This document shows positions 1 through 7,725 of a stretch of DNA of 64,000 nucleotides, piece after piece. The DNA is taken from the NCBI GenBank assembly GCA_965215125.1, contig OZ244052.1, positions 448,001 to 512,000 on the forward strand. Direction: 5' to 3'. The notes below the pieces were generated by a model that did no database searches, had not been told where the DNA came from, and saw only the letters and a list, made by a program, of their open reading frames with translations. Each line of letters starts with the position of its first letter. Position 1 is the first letter of the stretch. Both the position numbers and the translations under genes were made by a program. This DNA comes from an uncultured candidatus Porisulfidus sp. (lineage in GTDB: Bacteria; Pseudomonadota; Gammaproteobacteria; Poriferisulfidales; Oxydemutatoraceae).

Positions 1-1360
1 CCTCAAATCTTATCAACGACGACAACGCCGGGATAACCGTCAGTAAAATTTTATCGTCCGCCAACAGCTGCGGCATAACCGTCAATTCCAAACCGATCTG
101 CGCTTGCTCCAAACTCGCCGATACGCGCTGCTGATTATTTGCATCACCCGGTATAATCTCTTGACCACCGGCGTACGAAAAAGTCTCAACCGAATTGATA
201 CGCGCAACACCGCCGTTTGCGGCAATTAGATTGGTGCGATGCAATACTTGTATGTCTTGCTCTCTATCAAAATTATTAAGCAACACGTTAAAGTCGGTTC
301 CGTTGACCGAGAAATCGGAATCGATAACCCAACCCCCGGCGGTTAAACCGATGCCCGCTTCGCTACCACCCGATAAACCTACGCGTTCCGAACCGTCGAG
401 TGCCAAGAGATTAAACAATTTGACTTTGGCATCGTTATTCGCAACATCCAATATCAATACTTCCATCTGTACCAAGCGAGTAGACTTGTGTACCAACGGT
501 GTCAACCATTCGCTCAAGCGATTGATCTCTTGCAACGGACCCGAAGCAATCAATAAGCCGGTTCTTTGATCGGCTTGCACCCACGACAACTCATCGATAA
601 AATTGCTCCGGTCTTCCGCCTCAAAACCGTCGCTCGATGACTCAAAAACATCCTGCTCGCACAGACGTGTTTTCATGATGCAATTCGCTTGCTCTACCAA
701 CACCTGCCACGGTGTTTTATCGCCGTACTCCATGCGACTGGAAATAGAAAGTTCGCTGTCAACCGAGTGTCCGATATCACCACCGTTGCCGTCGTTGTCG
801 GTATTCGTCGCCGAGCCGAAATGAATTTGGTTGAGACCGGCGGAAGCAATCACCGCCAGATTCCAACGGCGGCTAACATACGCAGCGACTTCAACGATAT
901 TATTCGCCGGGTTTAAGCTAATCTCATAATTACTCAGACCTTCCAAATAAGCAAGAAAATCGGCAACCCGCATCTCATTACCGGTCCTTATGCGGATTAT
1001 TCGATCTAGATCCACCGAGACATCCTTCGCTCGCACAACGACGGCAAACGGTAAAGTTGCATGAATCGCCTCGCGTAAACTCAGCCGTGCATTCGTAATA
1101 TTTACCGAACGCAGTAGTTGTGACGGAACCGCCGCTTCGTTAATTTTGAAGTACGCCTCGGGCGGCGGACTTTGATAATGCGTCGCTTCTAGGTTCTCTT
1201 TGCCGATACGACGCTCACCCGTATCTACGGACACACACCCGGCTAAAACCGACACGGCTATCAAATAAAACAAAAATCTCGGATATCGAGTTTCTGCATT
1301 GCAGTGTCGTTGTTCGGAAACGACGTCAATCGCTATTGATAAATTAGTTTGCACCTGCAT
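1..1360 (-). CDS. Lipoprotein secretin (type II/III secretin superfamily; MshL/PilN/BfpB-like), 3' end outside window
   Basis: Hand translation, not in the ORF track because it runs off the edge: GAGGA RBS, then MQVQTN...FLFYLIAVSVLAGC (lipobox), ...TGLLIASGPLQEINRLSEWL...RLVQMEVLILDV...QIGLELTVMPQLLADDKILLTVIPALS (secretin-domain motifs). Alternative start at 1366. Confidence 0.8.
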   Translation of the reverse strand, partial: MQVQTNLSIAIDVVSEQRHCNAETRYPRFLFYLIAVSVLAGCVSVDTGERRIGKENLEATHYQSPPPEAYFKINEAAVPSQLLRSVNITNARLSLREAIHATLPFAVVVRAKDVSVDLDRIIRIRTGNEMRVADFLAYLEGLSNYEISLNPANNIVEVAAYVSRRWNLAVIASAGLNQIHFGSATNTDNDGNGGDIGHSVDSELSISSRMEYGDKTPWQVLVEQANCIMKTRLCEQDVFESSSDGFEAEDRSNFIDELSWVQADQRTGLLIASGPLQEINRLSEWLTPLVHKSTRLVQMEVLILDVANNDAKVKLFNLLALDGSERVGLSGGSEAGIGLTAGGWVIDSDFSVNGTDFNVLLNNFDREQDIQVLHRTNLIAANGGVARINSVETFSYAGGQEIIPGDANNQQRVSASLEQAQIGLELTVMPQLLADDKILLTVIPALSSLIRFE

Positions 1361-1459
1361 ATTCATTCCTCGTTAAGTCAATATGCCGATTTTGCCCGTA
1401 AATAAAGGTGATGAATCCGCTTTTGGATAAACGGTATTAAATATACGACGAATGACCAT

Positions 1460-1486
1460 CTGACAGGGTGGTCGTGGCATGTCTGC
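1460..1486 (+). repeat. Fragment of the dispersed palindromic repeat family, cut by the Mu-like terminus
   Basis: CTGACAGGGTGGTCGTGGCATGTCTGC is nearly identical to CTGACGGGGTGGTTGTGGCATGTCTGC at about 27266-27291. Confidence 0.75.
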
Positions 1487-1607
1487 TGTGCGGTGACAGA
1501 GAATTTGACAGAAGCGGTTTTTAACGGGATTTGACGGAATTTGGCGGTATTGCTTGCTTTCCGAGCGCGAAAGAAGTCGCGCGTGCTGTCACTGGCTCGC
1601 AACGGAG

Positions 1608-1620
1608 AATCAATGACTTA
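1608..1620 (+). promoter_or_regulatory. IHF-binding site in the Mu-like end
   Basis: AATCAATGACTTA is an exact match to WATCAANNNNTTR. Confidence 0.6.
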
Positions 1621-1627
1621 CGAGCCG

Positions 1628-1762
1628 AACTCGCGCGCAATAAATCGGCGAATTTTGGGGTATTAAACCTGTTTTAACCTTTGTTTAATTAGCTTTCAAA
1701 GGATTATTGAATGTGTATTTAACATAACGTAACTCGCGCGCTAACTCGCGCGAACTCGCGCG
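1628..1762 (+). repeat. AACTCGCGCG direct repeats (4 copies; variant AAGTCGCGCG near 1574) in the phage end region
   Basis: One copy near 1628 and three closely spaced copies at 1731-1762, followed by two TTTGTACAA motifs (1771-1798). Confidence 0.75.
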
Positions 1763-1814
1763 TACGAAACTTTGTACAAAAACGGCACTTTTGTACAAGT
1801 AATGTCCTGCTATT

Positions 1815-2300
1815 TTAGGCTAACGGCAGGCTGATAAATCGGGCAATAATCTCCTCAATTTCACGGCGACCTTCGTTTGATAATCCGAGAAACGGACGCG
1901 GCGGAATATCTCCCCAAGGAATAGGACGACCGTGCTTATCACTACCAAAGCTACCTCTCCCTGCACCAAACTGCTGCGTGGCTGCGTAGATAGCATTAGT
2001 GCCTGCGATGGCATAATCTTTACCGAAGGCTGATGTGATACTGTTTGCGAGCCGACCTGTTTGTTGTAGCTTTTGCCCCGGCCAATAGCCGGATTTCTCG
2101 CGCTGTTTGATTGTTGTGTCCGACAACGGCACCCATGTCTCACCATCCGGTGCTTGTTCAGATTGAAAGGCTTCCTCAATATTATCTACTAACACGCCGG
2201 CGATCGCTTGCATTGCAGGTGATAGGTCGTCACCGCGACGCGCCAAAAAGTTTAATGATTGCAGTGCCTTCTTGTCTTTGATTTTGATGTCTATTTTCAT
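1815..2300 (-). CDS. Phage virion morphogenesis protein (Mu gpG/gp31-like)
   Basis: DLSPAMQAIA...F..EQAPDGETW.PLS..T...L..TGRLANSI...GTNAIYAATQQFG...IPPRPFLGLS motifs; start moved to ATG 2300, which has a GGGAG RBS. Confidence 0.9.
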   Translation of the reverse strand: MKIDIKIKDKKALQSLNFLARRGDDLSPAMQAIAGVLVDNIEEAFQSEQAPDGETWVPLSDTTIKQREKSGYWPGQKLQQTGRLANSITSAFGKDYAIAGTNAIYAATQQFGAGRGSFGSDKHGRPIPWGDIPPRPFLGLSNEGRREIEEIIARFISLPLA

Positions 2301-2311
2301 TGTGGTATACT
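2284..2311 (+). promoter_or_regulatory. Putative sigma70 promoter antisense to the phage genes
   Basis: TTGATG (2284-2289), 16 nt, TATACT (2306-2311) with extended -10 TG. Confidence 0.55.
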
Positions 2312-2315
2312 CCCA

Positions 2316-2417
2316 GTGTGTGGCAAGCAAATGGCCGGATGAAATTAGGTTAGGCTTTAAGTTCATTCGGCTACGGCAAGCACCTAGCTGTTATGTGAGA
2401 TCCCGCTTGCCACGCAC
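2316..2417 (+). ncRNA. Putative structured sRNA (candidate RNA antitoxin) next to the MuF-nuclease stop codon
   Basis: Closing stem 2316-2328/2405-2417; inner stems 2333-2343/2362-2372 and 2373-2377/2387-2391. All contain G-U pairs that form only on the + strand. Promoter directly upstream. Confidence 0.55.
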
Positions 2418-2418
2418 C

Positions 2419-3759
2419 TTAATCATTTTTATAAAGTAAAGTTCCCTCTCGCTGATTGTCTGCATAGTTAGCATCTGCTGGTATAGCGTTCCAAAAAACA
2501 CTTGCATCTGTATTCTCTCGGGCAATTACTAGCATATTTTTTTCACCTCTAAATAATTTAATAAACCGGCGGCGAAAACTGCCATCAGTATATTCAGTCA
2601 ACCAAATTTCACTTGGGTTAGCCAATGTAGGGAGAATGAAGTTAGCATACCTTTCTCGGGCATCCGATCGTTTTCCAGATATATATTCTAATCCTTCCTC
2701 GCTGATAATAACTGGTTCTAGCGGTGTTTGAATGTTGCGAAAGTCGTTTTTTTTACCAAGCACAACCTCTGCAATTTGAGCATGAGCTAGAGTGGCTGAC
2801 TCTGCTCTAGGCAATAGCTTAGGAGCCTCTGCAAAAGCGAAGTCTGGAAGCTTTTTCACACTAGGTAATCCGTAGCTTGAATACTTTTTTTGACCGGGCT
2901 GTATTCTGGCGATACCTTTACCTCGACTACTAACCTGATCGGGTAATGCGCCGAGCTTATCCCACAAAGCCCACCTAGCACCGGGGTTATAATCAAAGCT
3001 CACATCAGGTGCCTCTATGAAGGTTTTGCCTAGCGCATCTCTACCTCGATACCTAACAGATAGTTGGGTTAGTGCTTCGCCTGTATATTTATCAACGCCG
3101 ACTTCTTGAGTGAAGGTCTCCAGATGTCCTTCACTCGTACCAACTTTCAATCCACGAGATTTAAGTTGTCGCTCGGTTAATGTCCGCACACGACACCTGC
3201 AATTCCAGCCGTTAGGTGGGTAGAAGGTATCCCAGAACGGATCGTCAAAACGGAAGACCTTACCGTGTAGCTTGCGGTGCGCCGGGCGAGTGCGAGAGTC
3301 CATCACGGCGAGGTATTGCCAGTATTGTCCTGCACCGATGCGCTGTGTTGCCAGTTCCACTTGTTGTTTGTATCTACCCGCACTATAAGCGGTGTTTAAG
3401 TTGGTTCTAAAGATGGTTTTGAGCCTATTCACGGAACCCAGTTGCACTAGTTCAGCGGTGCCGTCGGGAGCCTCTTTTACACGCTTGCCCCACCAACCGA
3501 GCTTCTGCAGTTTCGGCTGTAGTTCTTTCTTATAAGTATGGAAAGCGATACCTTCGGAGATTGCTTTATCGGTCTCATTACGGATAGCCCGCAATACTTC
3601 CATTTTGGTAGCTTTAGCAACCGTGAATGCTTTCGCATTAGCTTCGGCTAGCGACTCGTGCCAGTCCCATGTGATGCGATAGCCTTTGCTTCTAAAGTAT
3701 TCAATAGCATCACTCGGTTGGAGCTTAACCGCAAATCCGAGATCAACTGCTTCAGGCAT
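2419..3759 (-). CDS. Mu gpF-like phage head morphogenesis protein fused to a C-terminal PBECR2-type nuclease domain (MuF polymorphic toxin)
   Basis: N-terminal AFTVAK...RLKTIFRTNL..AY.AGRY...YLAVMDSRTRPAH..LHG...DDPFW...YPPNGWNCRCRV (MuF); C-terminal RERYANFILPTL.NPSEIW...RRRFIKLF...FWN...Y...QREG.LLY resembles PBECR2. Confidence 0.85.
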   Translation of the reverse strand: MPEAVDLGFAVKLQPSDAIEYFRSKGYRITWDWHESLAEANAKAFTVAKATKMEVLRAIRNETDKAISEGIAFHTYKKELQPKLQKLGWWGKRVKEAPDGTAELVQLGSVNRLKTIFRTNLNTAYSAGRYKQQVELATQRIGAGQYWQYLAVMDSRTRPAHRKLHGKVFRFDDPFWDTFYPPNGWNCRCRVRTLTERQLKSRGLKVGTSEGHLETFTQEVGVDKYTGEALTQLSVRYRGRDALGKTFIEAPDVSFDYNPGARWALWDKLGALPDQVSSRGKGIARIQPGQKKYSSYGLPSVKKLPDFAFAEAPKLLPRAESATLAHAQIAEVVLGKKNDFRNIQTPLEPVIISEEGLEYISGKRSDARERYANFILPTLANPSEIWLTEYTDGSFRRRFIKLFRGEKNMLVIARENTDASVFWNAIPADANYADNQREGTLLYKND

Positions 3760-4251
3760 TGAGCTGCCCCCAAGTATCTGCGGCGAATATGATTCTTGTC
3801 AATAAATCATGCAAACCCTCGCCATCCATGTCTTGATACCGCTCAGCGAGCAGACCTAAAATGTAATCGGGATTCTCGTCTATGGCATCAAGCAGAGGTT
3901 GCGCTAAAGATTCAGCTATCTGTTGCTGTGTATCATTATCTATGGATGATAGTACCGCCTCCAATGCTTCTTCCACATCGGCGGTCTCGGCAAAGTCCGA
4001 TGTTTGATTACCCGTCGGCGGCGCGAACGGTATTCCAACATCGTCTACTTCAATCTTATAAGTCTCTTCGACATGCTCTTTTGTCGGACGATAACCCATC
4101 TCAAATAGCACTTTATCTCGCTCCGCCTGTTCTTTGCCTGAGCTACGCTCAAATTGGCGACGCACCTTCGGCAAGGCAGCACCGGGATAATTCCATTCAA
4201 TCAGCCAACGCACGACCGAGCGCGTAAATGAGTCGTCCAACATCTGCTCTA
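3752..4251 (-). pseudogene. 3' fragment of Mu gp29-like portal protein (DUF935), 5' part removed at a repeat
   Basis: VRWLIEWNYPGAALPKV...LFEMGYRPT..HVEETY...IIFAADTWG; overlaps the gpF start as in Mu; the ORF-track start lies inside the palindromic repeat. Confidence 0.8.
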
Positions 4252-4320
4252 GTACATTCCCCTCCACAGGAGGGGAATAACCACCCCGTCAGGCACAGCC
4301 TGCCACCCTAAGGGCGGACA
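4252..4320 (+). repeat. Palindromic repeat island A, left part, including the left half of the REP hairpin hit by IS110
   Basis: GTACATTCCCCTCC-acag-GAGGGGAATAACCACCCCGTCAGGC-aca-GCCTGCCACCC then AAGGGCGGACA. Confidence 0.85.
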
Positions 4321-4334
4321 GATATATTAAACCG

Positions 4335-4560
4335 CAGCTTATTTGATATAAGATAAACGCTTAGGTAGATGCAGTGCCTAGGAAGTCGGAGGAGACACGC
4401 TGCAGGACGGACAAGGCATTAAAGCCTGGTTGCATGAAAAGCACTCCTCCGGCGTTATGACTATAGAGCTCGAAAGGCATCTTGGGACTTTAGATCTCGT
4501 ATTTATCTGTTTGAGCGGCGTAGTCATACTTTCCTAGACTTTGCTTGCTACCTATTATTT
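4335..4560 (+). ncRNA. IS110 bridge RNA (ends approximate)
   Basis: Target loop closed by 4385-4394/4444-4453 carries GGACGGACA (4405-4413) and TTGCATG (4430-4436); donor loop closed by 4456-4464/4520-4528 carries AAGGCATC (4474-4481) and TATCTG (4504-4509). Confidence 0.88.
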
Positions 4561-4594
4561 CATTAACTCAACAACCCATATGGAGAACATTATT

Positions 4595-5581
4595 ATGGAA
4601 AACAAACAACCCGTCACAATTGGCGTTGATGTCTCTAAAGAGACTTTAGAAACAGCTCTATTATTCACCGATAATAGTTTTGCCGAGCAGCAATTCAGTA
4701 ATGATGCCAAAGGCATTAAACAACTGTTATCTTGGGCTACCGAGCATGGTGCGCAACAGTGTCGCCTCTGCGTTGAGGCAACCGGCGGTTTTGAGCTAGA
4801 CCTGTGCATGGAAAGCTATGACCAACATCCCATCACGATTGTGCCACCTGTACAGGTCGCGAGCTACCGCAAAACGCTGGGTATGCGTAATAAAACCGAT
4901 GGCGTTGATGCGCAACTCATCGCACGCTTCGCATTTGCAGTCGGTGATATTCAAGACTGGGAACAGCCTACCGAAGCAGTATTCGCCTTGAGAGATACAC
5001 TGAAATGGCGCCGGCAATTAACCAAGTCCCATACGCAGTTAAGCAACTGTGCAAAGACGCTGCGCAGTATGCAGCTCAAAAAGAAGGCAGCTGCAGAACT
5101 CGCTCACCTCCAGAAGCAAATCCATGAGTGTGACGCCTTACTTTACGAAATCATCGCTGAAGACGAACAACTCACACAGCAGTATCAATTGCTCTGCTCT
5201 ATTACTGGAATCGGAACTCAAACCGCAGCCACCCTATGTGCAGCTTTTGATGATAATACGTTTCAACACCCAAAGCAACTTGCCGCCTATATCGGCATCA
5301 CTCCGATGCGCAAGCAATCCGGCAACTACGAGGCGAAGGCGCACATCTCTAAAATTGGCGATGCACACCTGCGCACCGCACTATTTATGGCGGCACTCTC
5401 GGCTCGGGTTCATAACCCAATCGTCCGTGCGTTCGCCGACCAGTTAAGCCGGCGGCGTCCGGATTTAACCAAAAAGCAGGTTATTGTTGCTTGCGCCCAT
5501 AAACTGACGCGTATCATTTACGGAATACTCAAGCACAAGAAACCGTTTGACCCGAATTATTGTTGCGTATCTGCGTCCTAA
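4595..5581 (+). CDS. IS110-family recombinase (DEDD RuvC-like domain plus Tnp domain)
   Basis: IGVDVSK, CVEATGG, KTDGVDA, SITGIG, AAYIGITP..KQSG, ISKIGD.HLR..LFMAA, VACAHKL; start moved to ATG 4595 (GGAGA RBS). Confidence 0.95.
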   Translation: MENKQPVTIGVDVSKETLETALLFTDNSFAEQQFSNDAKGIKQLLSWATEHGAQQCRLCVEATGGFELDLCMESYDQHPITIVPPVQVASYRKTLGMRNKTDGVDAQLIARFAFAVGDIQDWEQPTEAVFALRDTLKWRRQLTKSHTQLSNCAKTLRSMQLKKKAAAELAHLQKQIHECDALLYEIIAEDEQLTQQYQLLCSITGIGTQTAATLCAAFDDNTFQHPKQLAAYIGITPMRKQSGNYEAKAHISKIGDAHLRTALFMAALSARVHNPIVRAFADQLSRRRPDLTKKQVIVACAHKLTRIIYGILKHKKPFDPNYCCVSAS

Positions 5582-5632
5582 ATTGATACTCAGAAGAGAA
5601 GATAGAAAAAGATAAAAAACGAATAAAATAAC

Positions 5633-5638
5633 TTGACT
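5633..5638 (+). promoter_or_regulatory. Outward-facing -35 box of the IS110 junction promoter (pairs with -10 TATATT at 4323-4328 in the circle)
   Basis: TTGACT + 13 nt + CA + GA gives a 17-nt spacer after circularisation. Confidence 0.8.
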
Positions 5639-5651
5639 TTGAATAAGGCAT

Positions 5652-5695
5652 CATGCAAGTCCGCCCCTACAAGGAGGGGAATAAACCGTTCCTAC
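5652..5695 (+). repeat. Repeat island A, right part
   Basis: CATGCAAGTCCGCCCCTAC followed by AAGGAGGGG..AATAAACCGTTCCTAC. Confidence 0.8.
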
Positions 5696-5744
5696 ACATG
5701 GTTTGCATAATTGGGTGACACGTGGCGTTGTATAATAGCAACAC

Positions 5745-6926
5745 ATGGAACATCATGCCTCTACACTTATTATCCCCTTTTTGATATTCACCGGTGCGGC
5801 GGTGATGGCAACTTTTGCCTTATATGCAAGGCAGGCTATGTTGGTTGCTTATATCATTCTCGGGCTATTGCTGGGACCTGCGTTATTTAAGGTGGTGGAC
5901 GGCGGCGAGGAAGCAATGCACATCGCCTCGGATATAGGCATTGTTTTATTGCTTTTCTTGCTGGGCTTGGATCTGTCTCCTATTAAATTGATAAAAGTCG
6001 TGCGTGCAATCGCAACACCTACGCTGGCGAGTTGTGTCGTGTTTTCTTTACCCGGTATCGCAATCGGTTATATACTCGGTTTTGATGCCGTGTCTATAAT
6101 GATCTTGGCTATCGCAATGATGTTCTCCAGTACTATCATCGGGATTAAGCTATTGCCTACGACGGTGTTACACCATAAACCGACCGGCGAAATTATTATC
6201 AGTATATTGTTGTTGCAGGACTTGATTGCAATTCTGATCATACTTGGTCTAGGGCTGTTCTACAGCGGCGGCAGCGATTTTCATATATCGGTACCTTTTA
6301 TCAAGCTATTGCTACTCCCGGTCATGGTCGGTCTTGCCTATCTATTGCAAAAATATCTGCTCGTCGGACTTTTGATGCGCTTCGACAAAATCAAAGAATA
6401 TGTTTTCCTATTGATGATAGGTTGGTGTTTCGGCATCGCACAACTTACCGCATGGTTAGGCTTGTCGTACGAAATCGGCGCGTTCATCGCCGGCGTGTTA
6501 ATGGCTACTCACCCGATTGCAATCTATGTGGCGGACTCCTTAAAACCGTTGCGAGACTTTTTTATGGTTATTTTCTTCTTCACGCTGGGCAGTAGCATCG
6601 CACCGGGGTCGGTCGGCCGGATATGGGTACCTGCCTTGATATTAGCGGGCGTACTACTGATATTAAAACCGTTGGTCTTCGAGTGGTTACTCAGTCGCGC
6701 CGGTGAGGAAAAAACAAGAGCAAGAGAGGTCGGGTTTAGGCTGGGACAGGGCAGCGAATTCTCACTGTTAATCATTGCACTGGCGACGCAGCTCGGCATC
6801 GCCGAAAAACCTGCAATAGACTTGATTAAAACGACTATGCTGATAACGTTTATGGTGTCGCCCTACTTGATTATCGCAAAATACCCTACTCCGGTTGCGA
6901 TAGACGATCGCTTACGCCGCGACTAG
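5745..6926 (+). CDS. Cation:proton antiporter (CPA2/Kef membrane component)
   Basis: About 12 TM segments; DIGIVLLLFLLGL, FSSTIIGIKLL, LLQD, GAFIAG, PLRDFF, LGQGSEFS. Confidence 0.9.
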   Translation: MEHHASTLIIPFLIFTGAAVMATFALYARQAMLVAYIILGLLLGPALFKVVDGGEEAMHIASDIGIVLLLFLLGLDLSPIKLIKVVRAIATPTLASCVVFSLPGIAIGYILGFDAVSIMILAIAMMFSSTIIGIKLLPTTVLHHKPTGEIIISILLLQDLIAILIILGLGLFYSGGSDFHISVPFIKLLLLPVMVGLAYLLQKYLLVGLLMRFDKIKEYVFLLMIGWCFGIAQLTAWLGLSYEIGAFIAGVLMATHPIAIYVADSLKPLRDFFMVIFFFTLGSSIAPGSVGRIWVPALILAGVLLILKPLVFEWLLSRAGEEKTRAREVGFRLGQGSEFSLLIIALATQLGIAEKPAIDLIKTTMLITFMVSPYLIIAKYPTPVAIDDRLRRD

Positions 6927-6927
6927 C

Positions 6928-7725
6928 TTAGCGTCGATGCTCCGATAAAAACGCTTTAACACGCAAACCGCTGTCCATCGCCGCATCCTCGTCGTAACGC
7001 AAGGTGTGCCCGTAATAAGTGCCACTCGCCGACGGCACATCAAAACTATGATATGCGGCGGGATAGACGACGATATCAAGGTTGTAATCGTTGGCTTCGG
7101 TAATCACCATTTGCCTGCAATAATCGGCAGGAGTCCAATCGTCGCGCTCGCCTATCAAAATCAAAGTGTCGCTCAACAACGAAGGTATACGATGATAGCA
7201 ATACGGGTAAAACGCAATCACCCCGCCGAGCCGACGAAATAACGGGCGCGGGTAATGGTGTATCGATAAAGCAGTTGTCCCCCCGTGCGACATGCCCATC
7301 AAAAAGATATTGTCGTGGTCAAACTCGTTTGAAGCGAAGATATAGTTTAGGATACTCTCAATATCCGCCAACCGTTCAAACGGAGAGATCTTGAGTGTAT
7401 CGTCGCAGATATTGCCGTCGCCACGCGGACCGAAACTATCGGCTTTGACTAAAGCATAACCCCAAGACCGCATCCGTTCAATCCACAAACGCTTGCGCGA
7501 CGCAACGATACCGCTGCAACCGTGCATATCTATCACTACCGGATACGGCGGGTCAATCAACGGACGGTAGACATTGACTTTAAGTTGTATCGGTTTTCTG
7601 TTTGCATCTATAGAGCTCAGATCTATGGCGGCAGAACCCGAAGCGGCACAGCCGCAAAGCAATACCGCCGATACGAGTAATGCAAATACGCATTGATATC
7701 GAGTCCTCAAAACCGACATCGTCAA
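6928..7725 (-). CDS. Dienelactone hydrolase-family alpha/beta hydrolase, probable lipoprotein
   Basis: LCGC lipobox, MHGCSG, GMSHGG nucleophile elbow, FYPYC, GERDDWTP, YPAAYHSFD. Confidence 0.85.
   Translation of the reverse strand: MTMSVLRTRYQCVFALLVSAVLLCGCAASGSAAIDLSSIDANRKPIQLKVNVYRPLIDPPYPVVIDMHGCSGIVASRKRLWIERMRSWGYALVKADSFGPRGDGNICDDTLKISPFERLADIESILNYIFASNEFDHDNIFLMGMSHGGTTALSIHHYPRPLFRRLGGVIAFYPYCYHRIPSLLSDTLILIGERDDWTPADYCRQMVITEANDYNLDIVVYPAAYHSFDVPSASGTYYGHTLRYDEDAAMDSGLRVKAFLSEHRR

Larger units (their letters stand above)
1487..4251 (-). mobile_element. Remnant of a Mu-like (transposable) prophage: terminus, gpG, gpF and truncated portal
   Basis: Mu gp29/gp30/gp31-like gene order; TGT terminus at 1487 followed by repeated TGACAGA/TTTGAC motifs and an IHF consensus site. 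Confidence 0.8.
4321..5651 (+). mobile_element. IS110-family insertion sequence (bridge-RNA type), CA core duplicated at 4319-4320 and 5652-5653
   Basis: Removing 4321-5653 restores the hairpin GGGCGGAC-ATGCAA-GTCCGCCC-CTAC; the circle junction creates TTGACT-17-TATATT. Confidence 0.92.

Noticed and set aside
195-916. + strand ORFs 195-569, 603-824 and 689-916
   Set aside because: Shadows of the - strand secretin gene.
2301-2366. N-terminal extension of gpG in the ORF track
   Set aside because: ATG 2300 has the RBS and fits the family start; the extension lies inside the structured spacer.
4312-5666. GGGCGGAC...GTCCGCCC read as IS1111-type sub-terminal inverted repeats with a CT core
   Set aside because: These arms rejoin into the target REP hairpin; only the CA-core boundaries give the 17-bp junction promoter and match all four guides.
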